Positions 37,900-50,000 are shown, numbered from the stretch's first letter. The stretch: DNA of 64,000 bases from an uncultured Gammaproteobacteria bacterium (GCA_964393545.1 CAYMUB010000058.1:12297-76296); one strand, 5' to 3'. The notes: a model not told the origin generated them from the letters alone. Numbers and translations are program-made.

Positions 37900-38843
37900 T
37901 TTTTTATCTTAAGATTTTTTATTAGTTCTTCATATCTTTTTGCTATTTGATCCCAAGAAAATTTCTCAGCCTGCTGTCTTGGGATATTACCCCAGTTCTT
38001 TTCTAATGCCTTCTGAATAACCATGGCATATTTGTACGAATCTTCTACATCTGTCAATATGCCGGCATTCCCTACTATCTCTCTCCTTGATTGATCATCA
38101 GGCGCTACCACTGCCAATCCAGATGCCATTGCTTCCAAATATACAATCCCAAAAGCTTCTCTATCCCAGGAAGGTAGTGTAAACAAATCACAAGATCTAT
38201 AAACTCTTGGCATATCTTCATTTTTTGCATCCATTATCTTAAATCTTTGACCAAGCTTTTCTTCTCCTCTTTTCTGTAATTCTTCCCTTAACGGACCTTC
38301 CCCAACAATTAATAGAGATACATTTCCTATCTTTGACAGTGCATCAATAACTTTTTTCTGGTGCTTATACCAAACAAGTGCGCCTACCGATAGAATAATC
38401 GGTTTTGGTAAATTTATGTTTATTTTTTCACCATTTGGCGAGAATTTATCTAAGTCAATTCCGTTGGAAATTTTTACCACCTTTGATCCCCAGGCATATT
38501 TTTTTGCCCAATTTGCAGCAAAATCAGAAAGAGCCACAAACACGTTGGGTTTTATAATAATGTTCCAAATATCATCTATTCCCACACCACTATGCCCACT
38601 GATTAATAATTTATATCCCCCTATGATTCGACCAAGTGAAAATTTCAAGCTTTGTAATCTTCCATTAATTGGAATTACTACATCATACTTTCCTGCTAAA
38701 ACATCTTTTAATGAATCTGCTTTCCCTCCTGAGAATATATCAACAGTAAAGTTTTTAGATAACCTTATTGATAGCTCTTTTACAAAAACTTCTGCTCCTC
38801 TCTCCACAGTATTTTGATATCTGCTTAAAAAAACAATTTTCAT
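37896..38843 (-). CDS. Glycosyltransferase family 4 (GT-B)
   Basis: DLFTLPSWDREAFGIVYLEAMASGLAVVAPD. Confidence 0.75.
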   Translation of the reverse strand: MKIVFLSRYQNTVERGAEVFVKELSIRLSKNFTVDIFSGGKADSLKDVLAGKYDVVIPINGRLQSLKFSLGRIIGGYKLLISGHSGVGIDDIWNIIIKPNVFVALSDFAANWAKKYAWGSKVVKISNGIDLDKFSPNGEKININLPKPIILSVGALVWYKHQKKVIDALSKIGNVSLLIVGEGPLREELQKRGEEKLGQRFKIMDAKNEDMPRVYRSCDLFTLPSWDREAFGIVYLEAMASGLAVVAPDDQSRREIVGNAGILTDVEDSYKYAMVIQKALEKNWGNIPRQQAEKFSWDQIAKRYEELIKNLKIKK

Positions 38844-38844
38844 T

Positions 38845-39567
38845 TTAATTAGTAAACTTATATTTTATTAAACTCCAAATAGCTGCCACCCCATCCCTCC
38901 ACCCTATTTTTTTCCCCTCTTCATATGTCCTTGGAGTAACTTTAATAGGTACTTCAAGTATTTTAATTCCTTTTTTCATGATTTTGGCTGTAACTTCTGC
39001 TTCAAAATCAAACTTCTTTGACTTAAGCTCAATTCCTATTAGTACATCTTTTTTAAAAATTTTATATCCTGTTTCCATGTCATTTAGCCTTCCACCATAT
39101 AATATATTAGTTAACAGTGTTAATAGCTTATTAGCAATCAAATGAACAGGTAACACACTTTTCCCCTTACCCCAAAAAATTAAAGGGTAGTTTGATAGTC
39201 TATCTCCATACACCACACTTGCTTCATCTTTTAAAATAGGTTCCATAAGCATAGGGTAATACTTTGGATTGTATTCTAAATCTGCATCCTGAATGATAAT
39301 GTAATCTCCTGTTATTTCTTTAAGAGCCGACCTAATAGCTGCTCCTTTTCCCATATTTTTCTGATGAAAAATCCTCTTTAAATTTTTAAGTTTTGAATTT
39401 TGGATTTTTAATTTTGAACCATCTGTTGAAGCATCATCTACTATTACAATCTCTTTTTCTATAAAGGGCAACCTAACAGAAGCAACTCTTTTTAAAACCT
39501 CCTGTATAGTTTTCTCTTCATTAAAAATTGGTATTATTATTGAAAGCTTCATATTATCTTTTAGCAA
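38845..39567 (-). CDS. GT2 polyprenyl-phosphate sugar synthase (DPM1/GtrB-like). It is the likely source of lipid-linked monosaccharide donors for the GT-C enzymes.
   Basis: LSIIIPIFNEEKTIQEV...VIVDDASTDGS...IIIQDADLEY is the compact 240-aa DPM1-type layout. Confidence 0.75.
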   Translation of the reverse strand: MLKDNMKLSIIIPIFNEEKTIQEVLKRVASVRLPFIEKEIVIVDDASTDGSKLKIQNSKLKNLKRIFHQKNMGKGAAIRSALKEITGDYIIIQDADLEYNPKYYPMLMEPILKDEASVVYGDRLSNYPLIFWGKGKSVLPVHLIANKLLTLLTNILYGGRLNDMETGYKIFKKDVLIGIELKSKKFDFEAEVTAKIMKKGIKILEVPIKVTPRTYEEGKKIGWRDGVAAIWSLIKYKFTN

Positions 39568-40240
39568 CTATTAAAATTGATGTTCCTATAGGTGGCTCTA
39601 TTAAGTTCTCCAGATATAGAATTGGGGACATTATATTAAATAATTTGATATTATTTTTTGTTATTTGTTTATTTTTAAAAATTTTTCCTGTAACAAACCA
39701 ACCTAATGCTCCTATAAAATTTAGCTTTCTGGATGAGATTATAGTCAATCCAATTTCCTGCATATTTTTTGTTAAGACTTTTGGATTATATCTTCTGTAA
39801 TGATGAACTGCTCTATCTATTTCACCAAACAAGAAAGTATAAATCGGCACAAGGAGAATTAAAGTCCCATTGTTTTTAAGAAGTTTATAAATATTTCTCA
39901 ACGCTAAATAATCATCATTGATATGCTCTAATACATTTATACAAACAATCGTGTCAAATTCTTTATCCTTAAAAAAATACTTACCTTTTTCTATATCACC
40001 AAAACCCACCTTTACTTTTGCATTATTATCACTTTTAAACTTTTGTATTAAATTTTGATCTATGTCAATCGCAGTAGTGTTCCCATATTCAGATAAGGTT
40101 GATGTAAAATTTCCTATTCCACAGCCAATTTCCAAAATTTCTCCTTTTAAGTATTTTTTAAACTTATCGAAAGTCCATTTATTATAAAAACCTGCCTGAC
40201 TCATACTTTCAAGTGTTGAAGTGCCTGTATATTTACTCAT
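39554..40240 (-). CDS. Class I SAM-dependent methyltransferase
   Basis: EILEIGCGIGNFT (motif I) and VLEHINDD are present. Confidence 0.75.
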   Translation of the reverse strand: MSKYTGTSTLESMSQAGFYNKWTFDKFKKYLKGEILEIGCGIGNFTSTLSEYGNTTAIDIDQNLIQKFKSDNNAKVKVGFGDIEKGKYFFKDKEFDTIVCINVLEHINDDYLALRNIYKLLKNNGTLILLVPIYTFLFGEIDRAVHHYRRYNPKVLTKNMQEIGLTIISSRKLNFIGALGWFVTGKIFKNKQITKNNIKLFNIMSPILYLENLIEPPIGTSILIVAKR

Positions 40241-41031
40241 GATAATTTTCTTCTAATTTTCCTAAGCGGTGTCAACAATCTGGAGGCAACTAGATCTAAA
40301 CCAGAAAGTTTAACCCAAGGGCTTGAGACAATTGAAGGAAAGAAATCATATAAAACTTCTGGATATTTAAAATCACTTGAAACTGGCTTTCCTAATTCAT
40401 ACTTAAATTTATTAGATACTCTTGGAGAATTTGATCTTTTTAGATAAGTAGTATGTAAATATGGTGTATCCAAGAAAATAATATCTTTCCTTTCCTGGAT
40501 TAGTTTATTATTTTCATCAAAATAACTCTCTTTACCATAAGGCCAATCTACATGAAGTCCAGGAATATTCTTACTAAAAGCCCGCAGACTTAAATGACCT
40601 CTGCGACCCAATAATTGATACTTACCCGCCCTTTCTTCCTGAATATGATAAATATCTCCAACAGGAACAACAAAAGGCACTACAATCCCATCAATATCTC
40701 TCCCTTGTTTATTAACTTCCAAGGTGAGTTTTTTTATAGAATCTCTCCACCAGATTTCATCACCATCCAACACTAAAATCCAATCACATTGCGATTCCTC
40801 TAACATCTTTTGTCGTAGTTTAGGAAATTCATTTTTACTAGTTGGACCTACTTCTTCAAGTCTAATTTTATCTTTTTTTATCTTTTGTATTTCTTTGATT
40901 ATCTCTACTGTTCTATCAGTAGATCCAGTATCATAGACTAAAACCCGATCAACATAATCTACAACACTCATTATAGAAAACCAAATAAAGTTTTCCTCAT
41001 TATTTACAATAGTGTTGGCCCAAATTGTCAT
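40237..41031 (-). CDS. Glycosyltransferase family 2-like
   Basis: DTGSTDRT...ILVLDGDEIWW is GT2/GT-A-like (DxD). Confidence 0.65.
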   Translation of the reverse strand: MTIWANTIVNNEENFIWFSIMSVVDYVDRVLVYDTGSTDRTVEIIKEIQKIKKDKIRLEEVGPTSKNEFPKLRQKMLEESQCDWILVLDGDEIWWRDSIKKLTLEVNKQGRDIDGIVVPFVVPVGDIYHIQEERAGKYQLLGRRGHLSLRAFSKNIPGLHVDWPYGKESYFDENNKLIQERKDIIFLDTPYLHTTYLKRSNSPRVSNKFKYELGKPVSSDFKYPEVLYDFFPSIVSSPWVKLSGLDLVASRLLTPLRKIRRKLS

Positions 41032-42308
41032 TTTCGTAATTTATTAATAAACCAAAACAAAGGTAATAAAAAGTTAGCTATCATTCCAATCAATACTGTA
41101 AATGCTGTCCCTATAACTCCGTAGTTTGTAATAAGTAAGAACCCAACTACTCCAACTATCAAAAAATGGATCATAGAAACCCAAACAAAAACATCAGACC
41201 TTCCATAGTAATAAATGATTGAATTGTGTAGAGGAACGGACAGTAAAAATATCACCATAGCCAAAAGTAAAATGATAAAAGGTATAACTGCACCTGCATA
41301 GCTCACACCGTATAAAAAGGGTATTGCATAAAATGAAATTGGGATTGCAAGCACAATTAACAAACTTATTCCCAACACCATTAGCTGGAATTTTTTAAAA
41401 AACTTAAGCATGTCAGTTTTACTTTGAAAGGATGCAAATTTAGGAGCAGCTACTACCCCTAAAGCACCAACTATTTGTGGAATGACTTGGGTTAATTGAC
41501 TAGCAGATGCATAAATACCAATATCTTTTGCATTTAATAACCTGGCATTTAAAAAAATGTCTAGCCTGGAAGAAATTGCTGCAACAATTGTGAATATGGC
41601 CACCCATCTATTAAATTTAAAGAATTGACCTGCAACTTCATTCTCACCCTTAACTGATAATATTTGTTGTGTTGGTAGAAACAGTAATGATAATGAGAAT
41701 CCCAAAAAAGGCAAAGCAATAAAAGATATAAGTCCTGTCAGTAAATTCAACTGCTGACTCATTACAAGTAAAAAGATCAATATTATTCGGAGTAAATTAG
41801 AGGAAATATTTACAAAACTCCAAATAAAATATTTTTGGAAGGATTGCAAAGAAGAAGTTGCAAAAGAAAAAAGCAAAGCCCCTCCTACTCCTAACGTAAC
41901 CAATCGAAGTGGTTCAGTAAGTTCTTCTTTATTAAAAATTGTTCCTGCAATAAAAGGAGAGAGAATCATTCCTAAAATTAATACTAAAATCCAAACTAGT
42001 ACCTTAACTTCTAAGCTTAACTTCAAAAATCGCAATGCTTTCTCTTTATTAGAAGATATATTAGCTGAAACAAAACGCACAAGTCCCGTATTTGTTCCCA
42101 AATCTGCAATGTCTGCAATAAGAGTCAGAGTTACAATTGATACAATTAAAAGGCCAAAATCGGCAGGGCCTAAAAAGCGGGCCATCGCTATATAGAAAAA
42201 AGCTCCTAAAATACCATTAATTACTGTTCCTATAACTGTGATTTGTGATTGCTTAAATGTAGTGGTAGAAAAGATGGATTTAAGCATATATACCATCATT
42301 ATATCCAA
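41028..42308 (-). CDS. Wzx-type polysaccharide flippase (MOP superfamily)
   Basis: This 426-aa protein has about 12 TM helices, which is the architecture of a polysaccharide biosynthesis protein, and sits in the glycan locus. Confidence 0.7.
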   Translation of the reverse strand: MDIMMVYMLKSIFSTTTFKQSQITVIGTVINGILGAFFYIAMARFLGPADFGLLIVSIVTLTLIADIADLGTNTGLVRFVSANISSNKEKALRFLKLSLEVKVLVWILVLILGMILSPFIAGTIFNKEELTEPLRLVTLGVGGALLFSFATSSLQSFQKYFIWSFVNISSNLLRIILIFLLVMSQQLNLLTGLISFIALPFLGFSLSLLFLPTQQILSVKGENEVAGQFFKFNRWVAIFTIVAAISSRLDIFLNARLLNAKDIGIYASASQLTQVIPQIVGALGVVAAPKFASFQSKTDMLKFFKKFQLMVLGISLLIVLAIPISFYAIPFLYGVSYAGAVIPFIILLLAMVIFLLSVPLHNSIIYYYGRSDVFVWVSMIHFLIVGVVGFLLITNYGVIGTAFTVLIGMIANFLLPLFWFINKLRK

Positions 42309-42333
42309 ATTCCACCTGTCATTGCGAGGAAGT

Positions 42334-45018
42334 TTACCTCGAGTCTCCGAGGGGTGGCAATCTTAATAAAAATATAAGTAAGATCGCTAATGTTATTCCG
42401 CTAATAATTAGCCCTGGGTTAACAAATTTTTGTGCTTCATATTCAATTATATATTCTCCATCATGGTCTATTTTAAATCCATTTAACAAACTATACACGG
42501 GCAGGGCAATCTGACCATTTAATCTCCATAAATTATCATAGTTTTGAGAAAATACCAAAGATGCACTTTGAGCAAGATTACTTACATTTACAATATATTT
42601 AGTAGGATTTATTTTCTGATAGGTAACTTTGGGACTATTGGAATTCTCAGCATTTTCCTTATCAAAAGGTACAACCCTCAATTGCAATTTGTCAGCTTTA
42701 TCCTGATCATTTAACCATTCATTTTTATCCAAAATCGCCAGAGCACTTACTACATTAATGTCTCCTGAGGAAAATATTTCTAATTCTTCTCCATCTTTTT
42801 GTAAGTCCCCTACCTCAAACCACCTTATATTATTTCCCTCTTTCTTGGTATTTATGCTTCCTACTTTTTGTCCATCCTGGCTAAAATTTAACTCCCCGCT
42901 TTTGGTACTTTCAAGGACACGAGCTAAAAGAACCTGCTTTTTTTTTAGATTTTCACTTTGAACTTTTAACTTTAAACTTTTTTCAGCAACTGCCCAACCT
43001 CCACCTAAATCAAAATCCTGATTATCGATACCATATTTAGTTTGTAAAAAATCCCGCCAATTAATTAGATCTGCTGTTTCTCTTTTCCACCACCCCGATG
43101 TTACATCGGGATCAAAACCAAGCTGCTTTGCTGGAAAAATTAAGGATTCACTTTTAATAAATGAGGCGGCAAGATCTATTGATGTTTTATTATTAAGAAC
43201 TATTTTCGCCAGTGGCAATTCATCAATTCTGTTAACTAAATTTGGATATTCTTCTGCAAATATTAAGGCATTTTTAGAAAGTTTTAAATTTGCACTTTTT
43301 GTAGATTCATTATAAATATTATCTGATCCAATTATCCACCAGGTATTGGGTGTAACAAAAAATCTGTCTTGGCGATTTTTTACTTTAAAGAGTGGAATTG
43401 CAGAGCCTTCTACCTTAGTAAGCCAAGGACTTTTTGACAATTGATCTGAAAATGTATAGTAATACTCAACATTATCTGGGTGCATATTATCCCGTCTTGG
43501 ATCAAGATATGGATAAGCAATATAGCCAATTCCCGCAACATCAAAAATCTCTCCCATGTATGGGGCTTCCCTTAAGAAATTAATATATTCATAACTACCT
43601 ACAGTTCCTACCGCAAAAGGTCGTTTTTGCACTAATCTTGTTGCTTCAACTCTGGGATGATTCTGAGATAAATAACCCAAAGGTGGAAAGCTAGGAATCC
43701 AAAATACACGGCTAAAATTGGTATCTTGCTGCAACACACTTTCTAATTCTTGATATTCCTTTTTATAATAACTTTGAGAAAACGTACCAGTAGTCCAACC
43801 TAACCAAACTGGACTTGCTAAAAATAGTAAATATAAAACAATAAACAGAAAAAATAGTCTTTTTATTCTCTGGACTTTAATTTTTTGTTTTATTTCCTCT
43901 AGAGTAAATCCTAAAAGAACCGTGTATGAAAGTGCAACCAGGGTAAAAAATTTTGTAGAGTCCCGGAATATGGAAAAATAGGGAATTTTGTTAAATAGCC
44001 AATGGAAAAAACTAGAAAAAGGTTGTGCATCTCCTTTTGCTAAAAAGGTAGAAATTAGGGCAACCAAAAGCCAAAACCCCAAACTTGGACTTTTAGGCCT
44101 GAGGACGGGGGCAAAGAAAACCAAAATGGGAATTAAAATAAACTCCCACCTCAAAGGAGAAATTACACCAAAAATATTTTTGTACCAATTTGGGCTGATT
44201 AAAAGAAGCGGGTGACCTAAATTTAGATTGGAAGAAGAAAGTTGGGTAAAAAGAGAATAGGCAATTTTTGAAGAAGGATCTTTCAAAATAGGAAACAGCC
44301 AATAAAAATGTAATCCTAAAACAATTCCTCCCCCAACTAACCCTGTCTTTAGCCACTCAAAAATCCATTCTTTTTTGTTCTGTTTATCCAAAAACAAAAA
44401 TTGGTAAAAAAATCTGATCAAACAAAGAAGAAATAAAATATAAACAAATCTGATATCCAAAAACCCCAAAATAGATATTGTTATTCCAGCAAGCATTTTC
44501 TCTCTTATTCTGCCTGTCAAAGATCTCTCTACCGCCAAAAAGCTCAGTGGGAAAAAAGCGTAAGTAAGGCCAATCGATAGTTGTCCCCCATCAACCAAAA
44601 GCAAGATATAAGTGTTTGTTAAATAAAAAAGTGCACAAATAAATCTTGTTGAACTTGATAGGTTTAAATTCTTAGTAAGTTTTAAAATCCCATAAACCCC
44701 AATAGTAAGTATGGGCATAAGTAAAAAAAATTTTTCTAAAAACTGGAAAGTTACTCCTAAATTTGCAAGAACACCCGATATAAAACTTAAAGGCCATGCC
44801 CAAAGAAAAAAGGCTGAATACTCTCCCAATCCTTCAGCACCACCTTCACTCCAAATTCTTGGAAAATCTATCATAGACTTAAGCTGATTATCTGAAACTA
44901 AAGGAAAATCAGTAGCTACTCTTGGTCCCGGTAAGAAAAATCTCCAGTAAATTCCAAAAATAAGCAGTAAAAGAAAAAGTATCGTAAGGTTTTTCTTAGT
45001 CATGATTTTGCCTCCCAT
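42334..45018 (-). CDS. Very large polytopic membrane protein (894 aa). It has an N-terminal TM domain of about 450 aa plus an extracytoplasmic domain and a C-terminal TM, and is putatively GT-C/YfhO-like.
   Basis: The N-terminal loop LPGPRVATDFPLVSDN...WSEGGAEGLGEYSAFFLWAWPL is followed by about 12 TM helices and a soluble region. It ends with a TM helix (LIISGITLAILLIFLL). This architecture parallels the 1179-aa protein below. Confidence 0.5.
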   Translation of the reverse strand: MGGKIMTKKNLTILFLLLLIFGIYWRFFLPGPRVATDFPLVSDNQLKSMIDFPRIWSEGGAEGLGEYSAFFLWAWPLSFISGVLANLGVTFQFLEKFFLLMPILTIGVYGILKLTKNLNLSSSTRFICALFYLTNTYILLLVDGGQLSIGLTYAFFPLSFLAVERSLTGRIREKMLAGITISILGFLDIRFVYILFLLCLIRFFYQFLFLDKQNKKEWIFEWLKTGLVGGGIVLGLHFYWLFPILKDPSSKIAYSLFTQLSSSNLNLGHPLLLISPNWYKNIFGVISPLRWEFILIPILVFFAPVLRPKSPSLGFWLLVALISTFLAKGDAQPFSSFFHWLFNKIPYFSIFRDSTKFFTLVALSYTVLLGFTLEEIKQKIKVQRIKRLFFLFIVLYLLFLASPVWLGWTTGTFSQSYYKKEYQELESVLQQDTNFSRVFWIPSFPPLGYLSQNHPRVEATRLVQKRPFAVGTVGSYEYINFLREAPYMGEIFDVAGIGYIAYPYLDPRRDNMHPDNVEYYYTFSDQLSKSPWLTKVEGSAIPLFKVKNRQDRFFVTPNTWWIIGSDNIYNESTKSANLKLSKNALIFAEEYPNLVNRIDELPLAKIVLNNKTSIDLAASFIKSESLIFPAKQLGFDPDVTSGWWKRETADLINWRDFLQTKYGIDNQDFDLGGGWAVAEKSLKLKVQSENLKKKQVLLARVLESTKSGELNFSQDGQKVGSINTKKEGNNIRWFEVGDLQKDGEELEIFSSGDINVVSALAILDKNEWLNDQDKADKLQLRVVPFDKENAENSNSPKVTYQKINPTKYIVNVSNLAQSASLVFSQNYDNLWRLNGQIALPVYSLLNGFKIDHDGEYIIEYEAQKFVNPGLIISGITLAILLIFLLRLPPLGDSR

Positions 45019-45182
45019 AAATAAAAAAAAGTTCCCAGAACCATTATAAAAAAAGAGTATATTAAAAGTCTTAGGGCAACTCCTGCGTGATTGGAAAAAA
45101 GTAATACCGCACTAGAACAAAAAAGGAGAAGGCTTGATATAAAAAGGTATTTACTCATCTTTCATATGATATAATTTTTTCA

Positions 45183-46673
45183 ATGCTGAGAAAAGCCCTA
45201 CCTCTCTTGTTCATATTTACAGTAGTCTTACTGTTATACTACCCAGTGTTAACAACTTATTACACCCAAGATCATTTTCTTCATTTTAAGGTGGGTCTCA
45301 CTGATGGAAGTTTAAAACAATTCTTAAACCTCTTTGAATTCCATACATTTGAAGAAAGGGGTCTAGCTTATTATAGACCAATATTCAGGGACGTCTTATT
45401 TCATATTCTCTATAACTCATTTGGTCTAAATCACATTCCTTACAGAATTTTATATTTTGTAATTCACTTTATAAACATATCTTTGGTCTATATTTTTATC
45501 CAAAAACTATTTCAAAAAAAACAAATTTCTTTTTTTGTATCATTTTTCTTTGGGATTTCATCTGCCAATATTGGAATACTTTACTGGGGCATTGAAATTC
45601 TAGGCGCAACTATGTTTATAATTTCAACTCTAATTCTTTTTATTAAATTTTTAGAAACCCACAAAAATAAATTCCTGATATTCTCATTATTAACATTTTT
45701 ATTGGCACTTGGATCTCATGAATTCGGGGCAATTATCCCTATTCTTTTGGTTGGTTTAATACTTATTTATCTACCATCTAAATCTATCCCTATAAATATT
45801 TTTCGTCTTTTACCATTTTTCTTGATAGTAATCCCTTATGTTTTTTTGGACTTCACCCAAACAGGTTATTCATCAAAGGATCTACAATACAGCCCTGTTC
45901 TTAATTTAAAAAGCACACTAAACACCCTCAGCTGGTATACTGGTTGGGCTTTAGGCTTACCCGAAATGCTAGTCGATTTTGTACTTCCCGGTTTAAAACT
46001 AAACCCAAATCTAATAAGGTATTGGGGAAATTATTTTCTTATAATTTTTCCAACTTTCGTTATTTCTCTAGCCTTTTTGTGGATACTAATCATTTATCTA
46101 ATAGTTACTGTGAGAAATGTCTTATATACTAAAAAGTTCTTATTCTTAATATTTTTGTTCCCGTTAAACCTGTTACCAGTTTTATTCTTTCCATTTCATA
46201 AATTTACTTATTATCTAAGCGCCTCTTTACCGGCTTTTTGGGGAACCATAGGATATATACTTTTTAATGCCTATTGGCATCTTAAAAAGAAGTCCCCTCG
46301 TCTAGCATTAATGGTAATAGCAACATTTATTTCAAGTATTTTATTGCTGAATACGACTTCAATTTTGTTAGGGCATTCTACCTATTGGGCTGCACAAAGA
46401 GGAAAAATAGCAGAAAAAATAATTAAGCAAGTTACATCTAGGTATCCAACACTTCCTAAGGGCTCTGTTATCTACATTACCAATGATCCCACTTATTCAT
46501 ATGTTGCCAAAGATTGGGGTGGATCTTCTAAGCAGGCTAGTATTATTTTAAGCGGGTCTGACGCATTACAACTTATATATAAAGACCCCACCCTTAGGGT
46601 TTATTATGAAGATTTGGAAAAATTAACTACTCAAGATAAGAATGTCTATCCTTTAGTTGCCAAGATATATTAA
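45183..46673 (+). CDS. Polytopic membrane protein, putative GT-C-type glycosyltransferase
   Basis: This 496-aa protein has an N-terminal loop (DHFLHFKVGLTDG...EERGLAYYRPI) followed by more than 10 TM helices. It is transcribed divergently from the 894-aa gene. Confidence 0.45.
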   Translation: MLRKALPLLFIFTVVLLLYYPVLTTYYTQDHFLHFKVGLTDGSLKQFLNLFEFHTFEERGLAYYRPIFRDVLFHILYNSFGLNHIPYRILYFVIHFINISLVYIFIQKLFQKKQISFFVSFFFGISSANIGILYWGIEILGATMFIISTLILFIKFLETHKNKFLIFSLLTFLLALGSHEFGAIIPILLVGLILIYLPSKSIPINIFRLLPFFLIVIPYVFLDFTQTGYSSKDLQYSPVLNLKSTLNTLSWYTGWALGLPEMLVDFVLPGLKLNPNLIRYWGNYFLIIFPTFVISLAFLWILIIYLIVTVRNVLYTKKFLFLIFLFPLNLLPVLFFPFHKFTYYLSASLPAFWGTIGYILFNAYWHLKKKSPRLALMVIATFISSILLLNTTSILLGHSTYWAAQRGKIAEKIIKQVTSRYPTLPKGSVIYITNDPTYSYVAKDWGGSSKQASIILSGSDALQLIYKDPTLRVYYEDLEKLTTQDKNVYPLVAKIY

Positions 46674-46684
46674 AGTTTACAAGA

Positions 46685-46963
46685 TTAGGAATCCGAAACT
46701 GTAATTAATTGTAAAATTCCCACGCCCAAAAAAATAAAAGCATATTCAGCTAGGGTTTGTGCTATAAATTTTAATGTTAATACTTGAGCTATAATGGATA
46801 ACAATAGTAGGAAAAGTGACCAACCTATTGATGTTTGATATCTAACCTTAGATCTACGGATAATATAAACCCAAAGCAAAAGAATGATTAATTGCACAAC
46901 AGAGGGAATATTGTCACTAAGATTTTCCAACCTCGATAAATTATCAATTACTGCATTTAACAT
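46685..46963 (-). CDS. Small 3-TM membrane protein (hypothetical)
   Basis: This 92-aa ORF has a hydrophobic profile and an AT-rich promoter-like stretch upstream. Confidence 0.3.
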   Translation of the reverse strand: MLNAVIDNLSRLENLSDNIPSVVQLIILLLWVYIIRRSKVRYQTSIGWSLFLLLLSIIAQVLTLKFIAQTLAEYAFIFLGVGILQLITVSDS

Positions 46964-47010
46964 ATTTTAAAACTTGCTTCAATTTACAAGAACAAGATAT
47001 AATCTTACGA

Positions 47011-50000
47011 TTATAAACCTTTACTTCTATTTTTTAAATTAATTTGCATGCGGGTAAAATAACCAACTAGGATTAAAATTGAAATGATTATAAAAGCAAA
47101 AGAGAGTTTTCGTCCTATTGCAAGCACTCTTTCGGGAGAGTACTCTAAAAACATTTCGAAGTTACCTGTTTTTTCTATATACCAACCATTGGAATATCCG
47201 TTAACCTCAAGGTGATTTTTCGTAGGCATTTGATCACTTCTACCATCGGAGGTAGTAAAATATGCACTCCATTTTGGGTCGAATGAGGTAGAGAGTACTA
47301 AAAAGAAAGGGTTTTGAGCATTGCTCACCCTTACCTTATATCTGGCAGGACTGATCATTTCAAAATCTATTTTGGGAGGAATCTTCTTGATAGAATCCGC
47401 TTCCACTTCCCGTAGAATAACCTGATTAAGAAATTGCTTTTCCACCTTTAGATTGCGGATCTTGGTACTTGAATCCTTCAAAAATCTTTGGTTAAAACTG
47501 TTATCCTCACAATATCTACGGTAAGGACGCTGAACTACTCCTTTACAATCTCCAAAGGGAATAATTTTTATTGATATATAATTTTCGCCAGAAGCAGGAA
47601 ATGGTGTAAAGGTAGCATTATATTTTTTCCACCCAAAATCATAATTATCCCGGGTTAAAGCTATTCCAAACCTGGGAATTTTTTCCCCTTTTGTATCTAT
47701 GAAATCAACATCTGAGTGGATTGCTATGACTGGAATATTGCCTTTTTCCTCAAGATATTCAAATGAAATTGAGTAGCTGAAATTGTTATCTAACTGCCCA
47801 ATTGGAATTATTTTTGTAATAGGTTTTTGATCTTCAGACGATAGATCTAACTCCTCTGGTAACTTCTCTGTAATAAGATTCTTCGCTTTAGGTTGAGTTA
47901 TACTTACCTCATGAATCCCTTTGTTAAGCTGGTATGTTCCTAAAGAAAAACTATATCCGTCATCTTTTTGCTTCAAAATATCTAATTTAATAACATTTCC
48001 ATCCAGATTTAATTCCGAAATTCCGATATTCTCAAAATAATAACTCCATTTACTTTTTGTGATTAAAACTTCATATTGGGAGTCCTTTGGTACATAAAAA
48101 CGGTGGATTAAATCCTTGTCTGTAGGATATACTGATTTAGCTCTTATAGCAATCAATAAACTGTCAAGATCAGAAACAATTTGATCTATAATTTTAGAAT
48201 CCTTAGTCTTTTTCTTAATCACCTCCAAAGCTTCACTTTGATTTATCAATACTTCAACTATTGCTCTATCAATTGATTTAGAGCTAATTAACTCAGTAGC
48301 AATTGATTGAATCCCTTGATAGTATTCATTAACTGCTGACACATCCTCTGGAGAATGATTTATTTCTGCCAGTCTTTTTCCCAGCAAATTAACCCGAAAA
48401 CCCATCTTGGTATCCGGAGTCTGCAGTTGATTTTCCAACTCTTCCCTTAGTCTCACTAAAGCATAAAAAGGAGTATCCCGGTAAATACTCACAAAAGGCA
48501 GGTTCTCAATTAATTTGTTTAAATTAATTTTAATGTCTTCAATTTTAGTCCCATTAATTATAATTTTATCAGCGAATGCTAAATATGGATTCTCTAAAAT
48601 ATTCCCGACTGGAGATTCAGGAGGAACAATAAAGATCTCGTCACCTAAAGAATTAGAAAAAGGCATCAGATTCAAACCCTTTCCTATAGAATTGGATAAA
48701 TAGACAAGTTTTGTACGGGCAAAAACTTTGGGTGTAAATTGAGCAGGATTCAATTCAAAAAATTTTAACTTACCAAATTCAGCAACTTGTGAGAAATGTT
48801 CAGCTGCATATTCTTTTAATTTGGCTAAATCTGTTGCTGGAGCTTCTGTATCCCTGGCCAAATAATCAATATCATCACGCACCATAATATATTTCACATT
48901 TAATTGTTGTGCCAGATTCCAAAGTTTATCAGGATAATCCAACAAAGTCTGTTTAATATTGTCTACCAACTCCGGTAAAGAACCGTTACTAGTATTTAAT
49001 GAAATCATTGGTTGATCGAAGAGATTATTAGAAAGCTCTACGCCTGCAAAACCATATTCCCATTTATAAGTCATCCCTTCCCCATCAATGGGCAATACCA
49101 ATACTCTAAAAACACCCGGCTGTTTATCTAACCACTCTCTAGCATCTTTATAATAATCTGGTACCTTAACATACTGACCAATATTAATATCATTGGCAGG
49201 AGGACCTCCTCCTGTAAAAACTAAGCCCGTAACCGTAGGAAACATAAACACGGGAAAAGCCAAAGTTAAAATTAAAAAAGCCATTAATTTTTTTGAAAAC
49301 CTCAGTTTACTACTCAAAGCATTAACAATCCCAACAATGCCAAATCCAACAGGAATAGCCATAGCAAAGGGTAACAATAATCCAATTTTTTCAAACGGAT
49401 TTCTAAAAACATGCAAAAATGTAAACCATTCAAATATACGCAACGTAACACCACCAAAAGGCGCTAAAGTACCTTTCATCCAAAACATAACTATTAATGC
49501 TACTAAAATTAAGAACTTGTAAAGCAGCTCTTTTTCTCTCTTGAATAAACCCACAATAAAAGCAATTATTGAAAAAAAGCTTAAGAGTATAAAAGGAGTT
49601 GTGCCATAAATCCATACCCATGAAGTATTGTCTTTAAGATAATCATTTGGTTTGAAGAGTCGGAAAACACCCAAAACCGATTCTATTTGATCACTAATTC
49701 CCTTAAACGTAGCGATATTATCCGAAGGATTAAAAGATTTACCAGAACCTCTGCTTCCTAAATCAACAAACACTGAAGCAAATAATGGGCTTAACCACCA
49801 GCAATTCACCAGTATAAAAATTACTGCAAATACTAAAAAGTAAAATAAGGGAAAATAATCTTTCTCCTTTTTAAAGGTTGATACAAATACAAAAATGCTC
49901 AAAAAACCTAATATTCCAAAAAACAATTCCAAAAAAGCAGGACCAACAAATGTAAAACTAAAAATAAGGCTTGCTAAACTTAGTACAACCAAATAAATAA

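Noticed and set aside
42309-42365. GC-rich imperfect palindrome (CCACC...CCTCGAGTCTCCGAGG...GGTGG) at the 3' end of the 894-aa gene, just upstream of wzx
   Set aside because: The arms do not pair in hairpin orientation beyond a 5-bp CTCGG/CCGAG stem, and no U-tract follows. Most of it lies inside the coding sequence, so it is probably coincidental.
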